Positions 35,345-49,224 are shown, counted from the whole stretch's first letter. The stretch is 63,852 nucleotides of DNA, filler included, from Octopus bimaculoides (GCF_001194135.2; 6 parts of 5 records of this genome joined end to end with filler, not necessarily neighbours in it); one strand, 5' to 3'. Notes: a model not told the origin generated them from the sequence alone. Program-made: numbers and translations.

Positions 35345-35741
35345 TGCTTGTTTGCTTGCTGGCACTCCGTCGCTTACGACGACGAGGGTTCCAGTTGATC
35401 CGATCAACGGAACAACCTGCTCGTGAAATTAACGTGCAAGTGGCTGAGCACTCCACAGACACGTGTACCCTTAACGTAGTTCTCGGGGATATTCAGCGTG
35501 ACACAGTGTGACAAGGCTGACCCTTTGAAATACAGGTACAACAGAAGCAGGAAGTAAGAGTGAGAGAAAGTTGTGGTGAAAGAGTACAGCAGGGTTCGCC
35601 ACCATCTCCTGCCGGAGCCTTGTGGAGCTTTTTTAGGTGTTTTCGCTCAATAAATACTCACAACACCCGGTCTGGGAATCGAAACCGCGATCCTATAACC
35701 GCGACTCCACTGCCCTAACCACAGGGCCATTGCGCCTCCAC
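35345..35741 (-). mobile_element. SINE family A, full length, 11-bp TSD
   Basis: TSD tcaatagcagt at 35334-35344 and 35742-35752. Confidence 0.92.
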
Positions 35742-38169
35742 TCAATAGCAGTAATGGATTATATAATAGGGTTTCTTTACGTTATTTTCAGAGGAACCAA
35801 CAAAAGGCATTTTTGCGCCGGTATGAAACACCGGTATGTATGATAAACTGAGCAATATTATACAGTACATTGCTTTCTTAAATTTATTTATATGCTTAAC
35901 AAGCGAGGTAGATTTATTGAGTTTATCAGATTTTAAGTAGCTCACAAAGCTCATCAGGAAATTGGAAAAAATATTATATTTATTATGAAATGATATCGTT
36001 TGTGATTCGCTTTTTATATACTTCTATGAATGTAAACATTTAAAAATAAGTTTATTGCATAAAATATTGAGTAATTTAGAATGAGCTATATATATGATGA
36101 AGCTTTGTAGCGTTATAAACACACCGCCTTTTCAACTACCAAACATGCGTAGAGAAAGCTGTAGAGATCTTGTCTGCCTAGCCTATGAAGGAGAATTTAT
36201 GATTCAGTTAATATTAATAGACAGTCTTCGCACGTAGCATTATAAGATACTTCTACTTTTATGCTACTCGCTCCAAATTTTACTTTGGCTCAGAAAAAGA
36301 AAGCTTTCGATAAATAATTTAAATCAACATTACAGGTATGTTTAGTCTTGCAATTGAAGTCTGTTATACAAATCAGTCCTAACTAGCGTAAACTGTTTCA
36401 CAAAAATATTGTCAAGGTCTGTTATATCTGATTCAGAAACGTTGGCAATATCATATGAAAAACATGGACAGGTCCAATGTTGAAAACATTTCTTTTCTTG
36501 ATATACTATATGTAAATATTATGAGAAAAACGGAAAATTAAAGCGAGCAACCCTAGCCACTGAATGCTAAAAAATAATTCCATTACCGTTGGAAACAATT
36601 TCTTTGTTCATATTTCATCCGGCACTTGTCGATAAGCGCATTATATATATATATATATATATATNNNNNNNNNNNNNNNNNNNNNNNNNNNNNNNNNNNN
36701 NNNNNNNNNNNNNNNNNNNNNNNNNNNNNNNNNNNNNNNNNNNNNNNNNNNNNNNNNNNNNNNNNNNNNNNNNNNNNNNNNNNNNNNNNNNNNNNNNNNN
36801 NNNNNNNNNNNNNNNNNNNNNNNNNNNNNNNNNNNNNNNNNNNNNNNNNNNNNNNNNNNNNNNNNNNNNNNNNNNNNNNNNNNNNNNNNNNNNNNNNNNN
36901 NNNNNNNNNNNNNNNNNNNNNNNNNNNNNNNNNNNNNNNNNNNNNNNNNNNNNNNNNNNNNNNNNNNNNNNNNNNNNNNNNNNNNNNNNNNNNNNNNNNN
37001 NNNNNNNNNNNNNNNNNNNNNNNNNNNNNNNNNNNNNNNNNNNNNNNNNNNNNNNNNNNNNNNNNNNNNNNNNNNNNNNNNNNNNNNNNNNNNNNNNNNN
37101 NNNNNNNNNNNNNNNNNNNNNNNNNNNNNNNNNNNNNNNNNNNNNNNNNNNNNNNNNNNNNNNNNNNNNNNNNNNNNNNNNNNNNNNNNNNNNNNNNNNN
37201 NNNNNNNNNNNNNNNNNNNNNNNNNNNNNNNNNNNNNNNNNNNNNNNNNNNNNNNNNNNNNNNNNNNNNNNNNNNNNNNNNNNNNNNNNNNNNNNNNNNN
37301 NNNNNNNNNNNNNNNNNNNNNNNNNNNNNNNNNNNNNNNNNNNNNNNNNNNNNNNNNNNNNNNNNNNNNNNNNNNNNNNNNNNNNNNNNNNNNNNNNNNN
37401 NNNNNNNNNNNNNNNNNNNNNNNNNNNNNNNNNNNNNNNNNNNNNNNNNNNNNNNNNNNNNNNNNNNNNNNNNNNNNNNNNNNNNNNNNNNNNNNNNNNN
37501 NNNNNNNNNNNNNNNNNNNNNNNNNNNNNNNNNNNNNNNNNNNNNNNNNNNNNNNNNNNNNNNNNNNNNNNNNNNNNNNNNNNNNNNNNNNNNNNNNNNN
37601 NNNNNNNNNNNNNNNNTATATATATACTTATGTATGTATGTATATATATATATATGTATATATGTACGTATATTAATAGTCATATAGTTTTCCAAATGTA
37701 TTTTAAATTATGTCGTACCAAACCTCTGCATTACACATGCAACGTTCACAGACAGAGATCTACAGAGAGTTATATTAAGAAATCTCTCTCCTTCACGCTC
37801 TCGCCTTGTACATATATGAGTGTTCTCTTTTGTTTTTAAGTATCTAAGGAACTGATTTATAACTAAGGGGGCAAAGTTGTATCTTTGGAATAAAGATAAC
37901 GAAAATGTCACTTTGTAGACTTGGAAAAAGTTTTGCATACTTTTACTCTTCCGCATACAGATTATGTTTGTAATATGTGAGACAGTTGGCCGATTTGCTT
38001 TTTTTCTTTGAAGCTTATTCATACTGTCAGTTAGGCATCACAAAACGAAATACACAAATTATAATCGATATCCATAAATGTGTGTATGTTTAATGTGCCG
38101 TTCTATTTTTAATTTCTTAATTGTTCCTATAAAATGGAGATGGTTTCTATCAAAGATACAATGCTCCAC

Positions 38170-39135
38170 CATTGAAAGAAGGAAAAACCTCCTCGTCGAA
38201 ACAAAACTCCGGAAGAAAACCAAAACATTCAAATAGGGACCGTCGGACTCTTATGCGAATTGTTAGAAAGGATCACAAAAGTACAGCTCCTAAAATGAGT
38301 GCGGAGCTTAATGACCACTTAGAGAACCCAGTTTCCACAAAAACCGTTCGCCGGGAGCTGCATAGAGCCGGATTTCACAGGAGGGCTGCAATCAGGAAAC
38401 CACTACTTACAAAAACAAACGATGCAAAGCATTTAGAGTGGAGTAAAACCCTACAGAATTGGGCCCTCGAGCCGTGGAAAAATGTTATTTTCTCAGACGA
38501 ATCATCCTTTACATTATTTCCGTCCAGCGGCCGAATATACGTGTGGAGACAGCAAAAAGAAACATTTGACCCAGACTGCTTTCTTCCAACTGTTAAACAT
38601 GGAGGAGGATCTGTGATGATCTGGAGGAAGGAGGTGGGGTAATCTTGGAAATCCGCCGGCCCAATTGTTTCCCTTCACGGCAGAATTAATAGTCAAGACT
38701 ATTTAAGCGTTTTATCTGGTCAAATTCATCCTATGCTTGCGGAACTGTTTCCGGAGGGAAGTCCAATCTTTCAGGATGATAATGCACCAATTCACGCAGC
38801 TAAAGTTGTTACTGAAAGGCACGAAGAACATTCTAGTGGAGTTGAACGTCTTATCTGGACACCACAGACCCCAAATCTCAATATTATTGAACATTTAGGG
38901 TGCATTTTAGAAAAACAAGTAAGGAGTTGATATCCGCCACCATCACAACTACAAGAACTAGAGACTGTTTTAGCTGAAGAATGGACAAAAATTCCTTTGG
39001 AAACAATTCAGACTTTGTATAAGTCCATACCTCGTAGAATTCAAGCTGTAATTACTGTCAAAGGCGGTCCTACTCCATATTAAAGTAAATTTGTTTGAAA
39101 TTTTAAAGTGTTTCCATTATTTTGTTCAACCCCTG
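38170..39135 (+). mobile_element. Tc1-like transposon, DD36E spacing, 5'-truncated, right TIR intact
   Basis: Transposase motifs SGRKPK..RDRRTL.RIVR, KNVIFSDESSF, IFQDDNAPIH and NLNIIEHL, with 36 residues between the second D and the E. The right TIR gtttccattattttgttcaacccctg ends at 39135 and is followed by TA. One frameshift and one stop. Confidence 0.9.
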
Positions 39136-39479
39136 TATATGCGTATGTAGAAATGTATGTTTGCATAATTGTATGGATCTGAGACTGTATAAAACGAATG
39201 GTAACATAGTAAGGGTGTATTCGTGAATGAGAGATCATATTCCGCGTATGAGTTTTTTTTTTCGATCATTTTCACATTTACTAAGTTAATTACAAGAATT
39301 GTACTCCTATGCAGAGAAAAACAAACATTTGTATGTTTATGTACATACAACTGAGTATGTATACATGCTCGTGTGTATGTATGTATGTTTGTATATATAT
39401 TCTTTTATTCTTTTATTCTTTTACTTGTTTCAGTCCTTTTGACTGCGGCCATGCTGGAGTACTGCCTTGAAGTGTTTTC

Positions 39480-39579
39480 NNNNNNNNNNNNNNNNNNNNN
39501 NNNNNNNNNNNNNNNNNNNNNNNTTAATTAATTAANNNNNNNNNNNNNNNNNNNNNNNNNNNNNNNNNNNNNNNNNNNN
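39480..39579. other. Artificial scaffold linker N44-TTAATTAATTAA-N44
   Basis: Same 100-bp unit as at 1790. Confidence 0.95.
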
Positions 39580-40590
39580 CAGAGGCATATGTATATTCGT
39601 ATAAATCTGTTTTATTGCTATTGGGCGTGAGATCAATATTTGTGTAATAAGTTTGGACAAGTCGGAATTTAGTATACTTAGATATCGGCTATCGTTACAT
39701 TATCTAACTTGGAAAACTGGCGGGTAGATTAGCTCAATCAATCCCTAACCGCAGCTAAATTACACTCATCAATATTAATGACTCATTCTGTTAGAATTCA
39801 TTTAGATAATGTAACCAATCTAAATATTGCCCTTTCAACGACGAAGGTTGCAGCTGATGGACAGCTTGAGTGGAGAGAGAATAAGGTTGTTGTTGAAACA
39901 TGGTTGGCTGTTGTCTCACATGCATAAACTGTTGAATGTACATGCGAGATTGTGAACAATGGAAATACAGTGTGTTACTTGCATAGACAGATTTAGAGCG
40001 AAACTAAGTCAAGGAGTAACGAGAAGAAAGAAGAGACAAAACTGTTAATAGCAGATGCAAAGAGAGAGAGAGCGCAAGAGATACAAAGAAAGTGAGGGAG
40101 GGAGATGTGTGTATATACATATAAAGAGATAGATACCATTAACAAAGTAAGGATAAAGAAAGCGATGATTAAAGACGAAAGAAAATAGAGATATAAAAGA
40201 GATAGAATAAAAAGAAAGCAAATTTGGTTGATTTGAAGACTGGTTGCTATTGTTTTCATAAGCTTGATATGGAAGCTATCCCAGATCGCTGACAGGACAT
40301 GTATTTGATAACAACATCAAGTAGATTGGAAAGAAAAGCGAGCAAAATATATCGCTTTTAGCATTCTGCGACGTTGATGCTACTATGAAAGAATTGTAAA
40401 AGCGGTGTTAACAGGCAATCAGTGTGTGGCTCTTCAGACAAAGAAGGAAGATTAGAATGTTTACAAGTATAGAGATACCAAAATAGCTGTATATATATAT
40501 ATGTATGTATATATGACAAGGTAGACGTGTACCAAGCCCACGGGATTTTGAATAATATGAAGCAGTTTCAAGCTGTTATTAAAGATATGT

Positions 40591-40630
<40 letters not shown>

Positions 40631-41630
40631 NNNNNNNNNNTGTGTGTGTGTGTGTGTGTGTATGTGTTTGTGTGTGTGTGTGATGTATATGTGCGTTTGT
40701 GTGCGGAGAGAGTATTTTTTGTACATATAGTTAGTTGTACGACTGCTACGGGTACATTTAGCGTTACATGTCGCTATCATCATCCAGTTTACGTCTCAGC
40801 AAAATTTTTGAGTACTACTGTACCCAGTAATGATAAACAATACCTTGCAACATCACTGAAAAATATCTTCTCTTGGTGAACAACTATACACAGAATTTTC
40901 CATTTATTATACAGTGTCGTGTGTGTGTGTGTATAATGTAAATATCCTATATCAACCTTATGAATTATATTTGAAAGCCATTCTCCCTATCTTTATATCT
41001 TTCTTTTTGATGACCTATATGTCATAGCACTGACTACATTCTGCACACATTTAGTAATTAATTATAACGCTTAGATGGTCTACAATGCACTGCCTGTGAT
41101 AATGTGCATGTTGTTATTACGTATGTAATATCAGTGACAATGAATTAGATGTTTCGGCGGACATAGAGCTTATTTGAATAGAAGTATTTGAATAGGCTCG
41201 ACAACACTTCAAAGTCTCTTATCGTGAAATTATTATCAATAGCAAACTCTACATGTGCACTGAGTTATGTTTGATGTTTTCATGCACATGAGAAAAAACC
41301 CCACTAAGTTTTAATATGTGTGTCTCTACGTTTCCATGTTTGTATATGATTCTGTAAATATGCTTTTGTGTGTGCGTATATGTTTGTATTGTCTTATATA
41401 TGTATGCTAATACGTGTTTAATGTATACATGTGTCTCTGTATGAGTAAAAATCGATGTGTCTCGGAGACTCGTGGCTCCCGATTCAAAAAGCAATTCGAC
41501 AAATATAGATTGATGAAATAAATACCTGACTAACACGTGTGCTAGGCTCGATATTATTGACTATAAACCCTGGAAGGTGACAGAAAAGCCTGACTACATC
41601 CAAATGACAGTTGCGAATAAAAGAATATAA

Positions 41631-41739
<109 letters not shown>

Positions 41740-42409
41740 TTGTTGGCGCATGTTGTTCACTTAAGTGCAATATTGAATCAAGGTAATGAATATGGGCGAT
41801 GAAGTTCAAAGGGTATTACTAAACACAATCACTTTCAATATTAGTTTTACCTGCATTTCAACAGTTTTCTGAAAGCAATACAGTGAGATAAAATATTGAT
41901 AATAGCTTCACAATAGTCTGTTTACGTCAAGCATACAGTGTAATGAAATTATGAAGTCGCCATTCATATATGAATATTTCTGCATGGCTTTCGAATCCAA
42001 TGTTATATATAATTATTGGTTAATTTTTCCGTTGAAACATAAAACAGAAATGTGTCAGAATAACTACAGAACCTCAATAATAAAGTTCGTAGATAACTGA
42101 ATAATCTTTCTTTGGTCCGAGTTAACGTTTGTTTCATTTACGACTCCACTGTCAATAATACATATTGTACGAACCGGCCAAAGTTTCTACAATAATAAAG
42201 ACGACTATTCTGATAAATTCATATAATGGTCGATACTCTTATATATGAAATAGATTGTTTCGTATGTTATAATGTATGCCAGAAGTTTAGATGCAGACAA
42301 TAATAACCGATTTAATATGTGTACCAGTGTGTATGTACTTTAGTGACTGCATGGAAAAGAAACGTCATATATAAATATCGAAAGAAACAACAGGGGAAAA
42401 TGTGTGTGT

Positions 42410-42469
<60 letters not shown>

Positions 42470-42569
42470 NNNNNNNNNNNNNNNNNNNNNNNNNNNNNNN
42501 NNNNNNNNNNNNNTTAATTAATTAANNNNNNNNNNNNNNNNNNNNNNNNNNNNNNNNNNNNNNNNNNNN
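42470..42569. other. Artificial scaffold linker N44-TTAATTAATTAA-N44
   Basis: Same 100-bp unit as at 1790. Confidence 0.95.
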
Positions 42570-43072
42570 TTTTTTTTTTTTTTTTTGAGCAGAATGTATC
42601 AAGTTCGATCCTCGGTAACACTGTCAATTTTTTCTTTTCACCGATTAAAATCAACACATTGCTTGCTTTAAGAATATCATATCACCACCATCAACACGTG
42701 ATCCTTACACGTCGGTCAAATGAAGTTCGCGGAGGGGCACTCTAATACGCAGTACGCTGACAACTTTAGCCATATCATAGCGAACATTTCCATAAATATA
42801 TATCGAAGTTGTTTAGTTTGCGACACGGATCTACATCTCTCAAAACTTACACTTTTGAAATCAAGCAAATTTGAAACCGGTTAAATGTATTTATATCAAT
42901 ATTAATAAACCTTCATCACCTCTCATTTTGTATATTCAACTTTATTTACTTCTCATATCATCATATTTGCTCATTCCTCTATAACGGAGCCAACATGTTA
43001 AATAACAACCTTTATCATTAGTCTGCACAATCTGGGACGATTTGGGGCTGAACAACAAACAGCTAATATCTG

Positions 43073-43289
43073 CGAGGGGGTAGTGAAAAGTTCCTGGTTT
43101 GGGGCAAAAGAAAATACAGGAAGATCAGTTAATTACGATTTTATTCAATATATTCCCCTCTCAGATTCACACACTTTTTACAGCGGTCCTTCAGTTTTTC
43201 TAAGACCTTCAAGAGAACTCGGAGAGGTGGGCCTCGAACCAGCCCTTTCGCGATACCCTTAAAGCTAGGAACTTTTCGTCACCGCCTCG
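43073..43289. mobile_element. mariner-type MITE
   Basis: TIRs cgagggggtagtgaaaagttcct / aggaacttttcgtcaccgcctcg followed by ta (CGAGG ends are typical of mariner). A second copy lies at 52489-52674. Confidence 0.78.
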
Positions 43290-44088
43290 TACAGTACGAT
43301 AGCATAAACACCACTACTACCACTTCAACTACTACTACTACTACTACTACTACTATTACTACTATTACTACTATTACTACTACTACTACTACTACTAACT
43401 GCCGTATCAGTCACCGCCAAGATCCCCTCAGCAACAACGAAATTTAGAATTAGCCTTAAAATCTGAACCACTGTAACAACCATCAATAGCATTGCATCAG
43501 ACGACCGAACATCCTCCCCATACTTATCATTATAGCTAACTGCACAAACGACCTAACCAACAGCACTTTCACAAAACACCATCACCACCACCACCACCAC
43601 CACCACCACCACCACCACTACACTCATTGAAATTACAACTACCAGGGATAAAACATAAAATACTACTTTAAGTCATTACTATTCGCTCTTACCAATTCCA
43701 CCGTAATCATCCACTCCTGTCTACCAATGTCCTTTACCTTGTCGATTATCAGTTGTCCGACAGACCCTGAAGAGAGAAAACAGCAATAATAATAATGAAA
43801 ATATAACACATTAGTAAGGAAGAAAATAAAACCTAAAGTAAGTTCTGAAAGGTTGGCTGGGATGGATTCGGGGTTTTGCGGAAATGATATTAATTATATT
43901 TGAGATGTAATCAATTTGTTTGTGTTAGGTTTTCTGATTGTCAGAGAATCGTAAAAAAAAATAATATAATAAAAAAAATAAAGTTACACTGAAAGTAAAT
44001 ATTATCTTAGCGCTCTGGAATTTATTTTGAATTTACTTCGTAATTATTTCTATATTTCTTCGTTATTTCATTATTAATTCTCTCTCTA

Positions 44089-44310
44089 AGGGGCAGTGGA
44101 TTGGCAGAAATGTTACAATGTCAGGAGAAAGAAGCCTTGCACTATTTGTACTGGCGTTTTACGTTCTAAGTTCAAATCTCGCCGAGGTCAATTTTGCTTT
44201 TCATCCTTTTGAGAGTCGCTAAAATAAGTACTGGTCAGATCAGACATTTCGGTAATGATATCATTTATTCTCCTCCATTCAGAACTGCTGGCCTTGTTCC
44301 TACATAAATA
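44089..44310 (+). mobile_element. SINE family B, degenerate
   Basis: ttggcagaaatgtta...acgttctaagttcaaatctcgccgaggtca.ttttgcttttcatcctttt...taaaataagtac. Confidence 0.65.
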
Positions 44311-44616
44311 AACAATTTTTAATTCTCTTTCTATTTCTGTCTGCCTGTCTGTCTATTTTCCCTCCCTCTCACTCTCACCTCCTCCCCCTGCATATATTAA
44401 CAATATCGAATCAATATCTGGCTAGCATGGGACCGGAAATGTCCCACATTTCTGGATTTCCCGGTTTTCTGAGACTGTAAATAAACTAAATTGTATTTAA
44501 GAGATTCAGCCTAATACACTGAAATGTATTAATTTTGAGCAGGCTACGTTTGATATTTATTAATCCACTTAAAACACATTTAGATATACCATGCTGTGTC
44601 ATACATACAGTATAAT

Positions 44617-44938
44617 ACGTGGCACCTTCGGCAAGTTTCTTCTGCTATAGCCTCGGGCCAACCAAAGCCTTGTGAATGGATTTGGTAGACGGAAACTGAA
44701 AGAAGCTCGTCGCACATATATGTGTGCGTGTGTGTGTCTGTTTGTCCTCCCAACATCGCTTGACAACCGATACTGGTGTGTTTACATCCCCGTAACTTGG
44801 CGCTTCGGCAAAATAGACCGATAGAATAAGTACTTGGCTTACAAAGAATAAGTCATGGGTCGATTTGCTCGACTAAAGGCGGTGCTCCAGCATGGCCGCA
44901 GTCAAATGACTGAAACTAGTAAAAGAGTAAAAGAGTAT
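44617..44938 (+). mobile_element. SINE family C, 5'-truncated, with internal (TA/TG) microsatellite and (AAAAGAGT) tail
   Basis: acgtggcaccttcggcaagt..cttctgctatagcctcgggcc...gaagctcgtcg(cata)tgtgtg...gcggtgctccagcatggccgcagtcaaatgactgaaac..gtaaaagagtaaaagagta. Confidence 0.85.
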
Positions 44939-44970
44939 CTAATATCTTTCTCCGCATAATTGCCTCTCTC

Positions 44971-45017
<47 letters not shown>

Positions 45018-45752
45018 GCGAGTAAAAATAAATACAAAAAAGGTGGTTTTTTTGTATGATTGTGTATAGAGGAATATATTATTTTGTTTAAAAGAGTTCC
45101 AACACTGTCTGTTTTTTATGTTTTATTTATATTCCTGCAGAACTAATGTGGGGTATAGAATATGGAATATACAATATATAANNNNNNNNNNNNNNNNNNN
45201 NNNNNNNNNNNNNNNNNNNNNNNNNNNNNNNNNNNNNNNNNNNNNNNNNNNNNNNNNNNNNNNNNNNNNNNNNNNNNNNNNNNNNNNNNNNNNNNNNNNN
45301 NNNNNNNNNNNNNNNNNNNNNNNNNNNNNNNNNNNNNNNNNNNNNNNNNNNNNNNNNNNNNNNNNNNNNNNNNNNNNNNNNNNNNNNNNNNNNNNNNNNN
45401 NNNNNNNNNNNNNNNNNNNNNNNNNNNNNNNNNNNNNNNNNNNNNNNNNNNNNNNNNNNNNNNNNNNNNNNNNNNNNNNNNNNNNNNNNNNNNNNNNNNN
45501 NNNNNNNNNNNNNNNNNNNNNNNNNNNNNNNNNNNNNNNNNNNNNNNNNNNNNNNNNNNNNNNNNNNNNNNNNNNNNNNNNNNNNNNNNNNNNNNNNNNN
45601 NNNNNNNNNNNNNNNNNNNNNNNNNNNNNNNNNNNNNNNNNNNNNNNNNNNNNNNNNNNNNNNNNNNNNNNNNNNNNNNNNNNNNNNNNNNNNNNNNNNN
45701 NNNNNNNNNNNNNNNNNNNNNNNNNNNNNNNNNNNNNNNNNNNNNNNNNNNN

Positions 45753-45803
<51 letters not shown>

Positions 45804-46308
45804 GAAGGACAATAACAGCAAATAAATACGATACTGAATGTAACAAAACACAATACAGTTACTACTTTTCTCCCTCAACAATTGGACTTCGATGGCTGAA
45901 GCTAACCACATACAATATACAACATACAGCCAGCCGTCCACTCTAACGGCTAATAACCCGTAATTTGTCTTAATTCCTCTATCTATTTCTTTCTTTCCGT
46001 TTCTTTTTTTTTTTATATGTGCGTAAGGTGGCTGCCTGGCTGTTAGCGATGGTGGTTCTCATGTTCTGTCCGGTGCTATTAAAAAAGACATCAGTCAATG
46101 CTTTATAATAAGCTCTAGTAGAACTGATTGAGAGGAAAGACAGAGAGAGAGAAAGAGAGAAAAAAGAACGGATATGATGAGCAAAGGGAGGAGAGAGAGA
46201 GTGACAATAGAGGCGACGATATCCTATATTTATTGTATGCATACGCATGTATATATGTGTGTGTATGTATGCATGTGTGCGTGTGTCTGTGTGTATATTT
46301 ATGTAAGC

Positions 46309-46354
<46 letters not shown>

Positions 46355-47757
46355 ACACACACACACATATATATACGTATCTCTCTATATATGTGTATAT
46401 ATATATTCATGCACACACTCACACATTCACAGACAAAAGCAAAACCATTCACACACACTTATGTGTGCATATACTCGTATATATCTACATATACATATAC
46501 ATAAACAAAAGACCATCTCCGCCGCGCTTTTGATTGAAAAGATAAGAAAAACTTTGTCCCGCACCAAAACAAATCTTTTCTCCTTTTCCTCTTGTGTCTG
46601 TAAGGAAGGAAAATTCCAGGTTAAAATGGTAATCCGAAGAATAAGAATAAGAATAAGAAAAGGCATAAGAGGGTTCGAATATAATAGATAGTTCAGATCT
46701 TTTTCTCATTTGTATGATGAAGGACGTGTGGAAATCTGGGAAGATCAGAGTAATTGGTCTGTTTTGGTTTCGTTTACGTCCACTCATCTTCTGCTAAATC
46801 CCCTCATGGTGAAATACAAAGGAAAGAATGGAATAATGTAAGAAGAAGGGGGATTAATGAAAAAGAGAAAGAAAAAATGAACAAAAAATGAAGAAAATTG
46901 TGAGAAAAGACTAAATTTAATTATAAACTGGACAAATGGAAAGCGTTGTAACCAGCTAATGTATGTAGTGTATGTGAGTGAGTATGTGTGCGCATGTGTA
47001 CATATACGCATATATGTGTACGTATATATATATATATTTACACATACGAATATACTTATGTGTATGTATGTATATATACGTGTGTGTGTGTGTTTGCACA
47101 CTTGCGTGAGTGTGTGTATGTGTGTGCGTCTATATATATCGTGTGTGCGTCTATATATATCGTGTGTGTGTCTATGTGTGTGTGTCTATGTGTGTGTTTC
47201 TGTGAGTGTGTGTGTGTCTATCTCTAATATTAATAATTTCTTCGGTTGTTATAGGATCACAAAATGTAGTTTATTACACTGTTCAATACTTATTGAACAG
47301 ATTATAATGGAAAGCATTCCACCCATGACCATCTCATCGTTTTCCCATATCTAGTAATACATTATCCAATGTATACCTCTGTTTCGAAGACAGTAAGGTT
47401 GAACAAGGGTGCTATTTCTAGCAAGTACAGGGTTTCCGTTCGCATGAGCATTGCAACATTTTATGTAATTAACCTACATTCGTGTAGACAGACCCCATAA
47501 ATGACTGGTATATATTTTCACCAACCTTGACTACAAAAGGGGGTTGAAAAAATTCAGTTCGTATGGGACTAGATACAGCAATGCATTTTACATCTCTGGT
47601 TTAACACTTCGGTCTTACCCACCGCAATTATAAGTACACTTACCAGCAATTCAAAATATATGAGATACATATACGTACATTTAAACGTAAGATATATATA
47701 TACAAAACCGACTTCATGTTATAGATCATGGCAGGTTTAAAAGTAAAATTATACATA

Positions 47758-48600
47758 CAGGGGTTGGACAAAATAATGGAAACATCTTAAAATTTCAAAC
47801 AAATTTATTTTAGTATGGGGTAGGACCGCCTTTGGTAGTAATTACAGCTTGAATTCTGCTCGGTATGGACTCGTACATTTTTATAAAATGCACCATAAAT
47901 GTTCAATAATATTGAGATCTGGGGACTGTGATAGCCAGATAAGATGTTCAACTTCACTAGAATGTTCCTCGTGCCATTCAGTAACAACTTTAGCTGTGTG
48001 AATTGGTGCATTGCCATCCTGAAAGATTGTGTTTCCCTCCGGAAACATTTCCGCAAACATAGGATGAATTTGATCAGATAAAATGCTTAAGTAGTCTTGA
48101 CTATTAATTCTGCCATGAAAGGAAACCATTGGGCCAGCAGATTTCCAAGATGTAACCCCCTCCCCGCCGATCATCACAGATCGTTCTCCATGTTTAACAG
48201 TTGGAAGAAGGCTGTCTGGGTCAAATGCATTTTTGGGGGCTGACGCCACATATATACTCGGCCGGCGGTCGGAAATAAGGTAAAGGATGACTCGTCCGAA
48301 AAAATAACATTCTTCCAATGTTGTAGGTTTTTACTCCACTCTAAACGCTTTGCAACATTTGTTTTTGAAAGTAGTGGTTTTCTGATTGCAGCCCTCCCAT
48401 GAATTCCGGCTTTGTGCAACTCCCGGCGAACAGTTTTTGTGGAAACTGGGTTCTCGAGGTGGTCATTAAGCTCTGCAGTAATTTTGGGAGCTGTGCTTTT
48501 GTGATCCGTTCTAACAATTCGCGTGAGAGTCCGACGGTTCCAATCTGAAAGTTTTGGTTTTCTTCCGGCCGGAGTTATGTTTCGACGAGGAGGTTTTTCT
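47758..48600 (-). mobile_element. Tc1-like transposon, DD36E spacing, second copy, 5'-truncated
   Basis: TA followed by TIR caggggttggacaaaataatggaaaca at 47758. ORFs 48174..48614 and 47881..48318 carry KNVIFSDESSF and IFQDGNAPIH...WLSQSPDLNIIEHL (36 spacing, catalytic D mutated to G). Same family as 38170-39135. Confidence 0.9.
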
Positions 48601-48632
48601 GTGTGGTAGTCCACCGAATATATAAATATATA

Positions 48633-48948
48633 TTACTTGTTTCATTCATTAGATTGCGGCCTTGCAGAGGTACCGCCTTGAAGGATTTTAGTTGAAAAAA
48701 TCAAACTCAGGACTTCTTTTAATGCCTTGTACTTATACTATCGGTTTCTTTTTACAGGGATCTAAACACACCAACACTGTTTGTCAAAGAGTGGTGGGGG
48801 ACAAACACAGGAACAAAAACACACTCACAGAGATATACATGCTTTTATATATATGCATAAATACGACAGACTGCTTTCAGTTTCCGTCTACCAAATCCAC
48901 TCACAAGTCTTTGGTAGACCCGAGGCAATTGTAGAAGACACTTGCCCA
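48633..48948 (-). mobile_element. SINE family C, 5'-truncated
   Basis: ttacttgtttca...tgcggcc...ctttcagtttccgtctaccaaatccactcacaag...gtagaagacacttgccca. Confidence 0.75.
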
Positions 48949-48951
48949 AAT

Positions 48952-49072
48952 TGTGGAAGAGCGTAGGCTCGAAACGTTAAAGACTTTCTCAATTTCCGAG
49001 CGTTATACTAATACATCTATTTGTTTTCTACACCACCTGTCTTCGTCTGTGTTTTTGTGAATTCTCCCTATA
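48952..49072 (+). mobile_element. Penelope-like terminal repeat fragment with hammerhead-like motif
   Basis: gaa-gagc-gtag-gctc-gaaacgt-taaagac. Homologous to 1-125 (minus strand). Confidence 0.55.
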
Positions 49073-49224
49073 TATATATATATATATATATNNNNNNNNN
49101 NNNNNNNNNNNNNNNNNNNNNNNNNNNNNNNNNNNNNNNNNNNNNNNNNNNNNNNNNNNNNNNNNNNNNNNNNNNNNNNNNNNNNNNNNNNNNNNNNNNN
49201 NNNNNNNNNNNNNNNNNNNNNNNN

